A stretch of DNA of 64,000 nt, taken from the NCBI RefSeq assembly GCF_016433145.1, contig NC_058133.1:80744689-80808688 (forward strand). The letters are read 5' to 3'. The translations under genes and the position numbers were made by a program. Source of the stretch: Gracilinanus agilis (Eukaryota). Below, in pieces: positions 62,040 through 64,000 of the stretch; within the stretch, counting starts at the first letter, position 1; each line of letters starts with the position of its first letter. The notes beneath the pieces were generated by a model that had not been told where the DNA came from, ran no database searches, and worked only from the letters and a program-made list of their open reading frames with translations.

Positions 62040-62734
62040 CTTCCCAAAAATCATAAATGCCCCAAATAGACTGTTTCAGGAGGTAATAAGTTTCCCCATT
62101 ACCATAAGTCTTCCAGCAAAGGTTAGATGAGCAGGGTTCAGGTGGTCCTCTTAGTACTGTATATAAATATATATAAATGAATACAGTATGTAAATGTAAA
62201 AGACCACTAAGGGAGGTGCGTACCTTTTGACCCAGATCTTACAATTCAACATAGAGCAGATATTATTGTGCCCATTTTGCATGTGGGGAAAATGAGGCTT
62301 AGGACTGCATCTGGTGTTAGACCTAACTCCTCATTCCTAGTTTAGAAATACAGATAGTAAACATGGATTAGATGCTTTCTAAAAATAATAGTATAATCGG
62401 GTATGACGGTACACACTTAATTCCTGATGCTGGGGACACTGAGTCTGGCATGCCTCTTGAGTTTGGGGATTCTGATTCATATTTATAGTATGTTACAAGC
62501 CAAACAGTGACTGCTCTAGTCCAGCACAAATATTGTGAAACTCTCAGGAGGGCTGAAGCATTGTACTGCCAAAAGAGGGATGAAATAATCCAAATCAGAA
62601 AAATGAAGCAGATAAAGTCTTCTCTGACAGTCAGCAGCAGGACTGGCCCTTTTTGTAAGTGGCCCCGACCCTTCCAGGCTGGGTGAGACAGAGAGAACAA
62701 GGCTCAGATAAAAAAAAAAAAAACTAAAAATGTA

Positions 62735-62910
62735 AGGGGTAAGTAGGTGGCTCAGGGGATAGAGACTGGTCAAGGGAGGTCCTGGGTTCAAATGTGGCCT
62801 CAGACATTTCTTAGTTCTGTGACCCAGAGCAAGTCACTTAATCCCCATTGCCTGGCTCTTCTGCCTTGGAACTAATATACAATATTGATTCTAAGACAGA
62901 AAACAAGGGG
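62735..62910 (+). mobile_element. SINE1_Mdo-like CORE-SINE (diverged)
   Basis: taggtggctcagggga..gggaggtcctgggttcaaatgtggcctcagaca..caagtcacttaatccccattgcct..ctcttctgccttggaac..tattgattctaagac. Confidence 0.85.
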
Positions 62911-64000
62911 TTTTTTTTGTTTTGTTTTTTTTATCAATGTAATAAAATACACTTAACACTGAAATGACTCAATACACTTCAATCCTTTTATTACATTTTA
63001 GAGGCACTTCAGGCTCATGCAGGGTTTCCAAGTCATCATTACTTGAGATACATTCGTTATCAGGGCTCTTAGGAAGCAGCATGGGAGGAGGTTGAGGATG
63101 GAATTCTGTTTGACAGTAACCCATTTTTATTGCACTGTTTAACTAATGGTGTTACCAGCTGACATTTGTATAATATTGTTACCTTACAAAAGCATCTCTC
63201 TTTTGACGAGGTCTCTGCTTGAGATCAGATGGCTCTGTTAATGAGCTGTCTCGTTTGACTGGAGTGGCGAACACTCAGTCATCCTAAAATAGCTTCACTA
63301 TTTTTAGAGCCGCCAAGCTTTTGTTCCAGTGTGGTGGCTGGGACACTTGTTTTTGTATGGTAGGGGGTCTGCCGTGCTGTGTTAGGAGAACTGAGGGAGC
63401 TCTCAAATCAGGAGAGGAGGAGCTTCTATTTATTCTTGAATCGAGGGAAGATATCTGTTGCTAAGAATGAAACTGTTTCATTGACCACTATGAGGAGACT
63501 TTTGTGTCATCCTAAGGAGCAATGAAGTAGTAAAACATTAATGAACTGGAACATCATTAATGGAACTTTTCATTAACTCAAATCACCCCAACGAGAACAA
63601 TAATACTAATATCTGTTTAGAAACATTTGTTAGTTATCTGCTATGTGAACAAAGACAAATGGAAGAGTTCCCATTTGAGTTTATACCTTTGGAGGGAAAA
63701 AAACATGCACGTAAACAAATATAGATAAAATAATCTTATTTAGATAAATTTAAGCTGGGTAGATCAGAAAGGATAAGTTATATGCATAGAGATTTAGTCT
63801 AACCCATCTCTTTTTATATATGAGGAATTGAGGCCAAGAAAAGTTAAGAGGCTTGCTTAAAATCAAATAATTCAAGCTCAAATTTGAACCTAGATTCTCT
63901 GATGACAAATTCAGCATTTTTCCTACTAGAAGGCACTGCCCTTTGGACTGTCCTTATTAAAATATGAAATACAGCTTAGAAAGTTGCTGTTTTAAAAATA

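Noticed and set aside
61676-62130. ORFs of 123-139 aa spanning the gap
   Set aside because: Artefacts of N runs and the GGAA microsatellite.

Overview
AT-rich, CpG-poor marsupial genomic DNA, most likely opossum (Monodelphis-type SINE1/Mar1 CORE-SINEs, MIR, L2, RTE and marsupial L1 fragments). The window is almost entirely intronic. The only host coding sequence I can support is a short exon at 60737-60969, too small for the ORF track. It encodes MGCASAKHVATVQNEEEAQKGKNYQNGDVFA, which I recognise as the N-terminus of C1orf21 (+ strand), with a canonical acceptor and donor. The upstream ~60.7 kb is therefore probably a long 5' intron; no promoter or CpG island is visible. Points of most interest: (1) three upstream AUGs in three different frames just before the C1orf21 start, including a stop/start AUGA overlap and a 34-codon overlapping ORF that stays open across the exon; (2) a nested insertion cluster at 22.3-25.5 kb, where an ORF1-only L1 5' segment hosts two SINEs, an L1 3' tip, an L2-like tail and a 626-bp solo LTR with a perfect 6-bp TSD; (3) three ~193-bp hAT MITEs with 8-bp TSDs in two internal variants; (4) a scrambled L1 fragment, a 95-bp tandem duplication and a MEF2/E-box cluster downstream of the exon. 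Repeat family names come from my recollection of consensus sequences, not from a database search, and boundaries of old repeats are approximate. I found no prokaryote-type system such as CRISPR or an operon.
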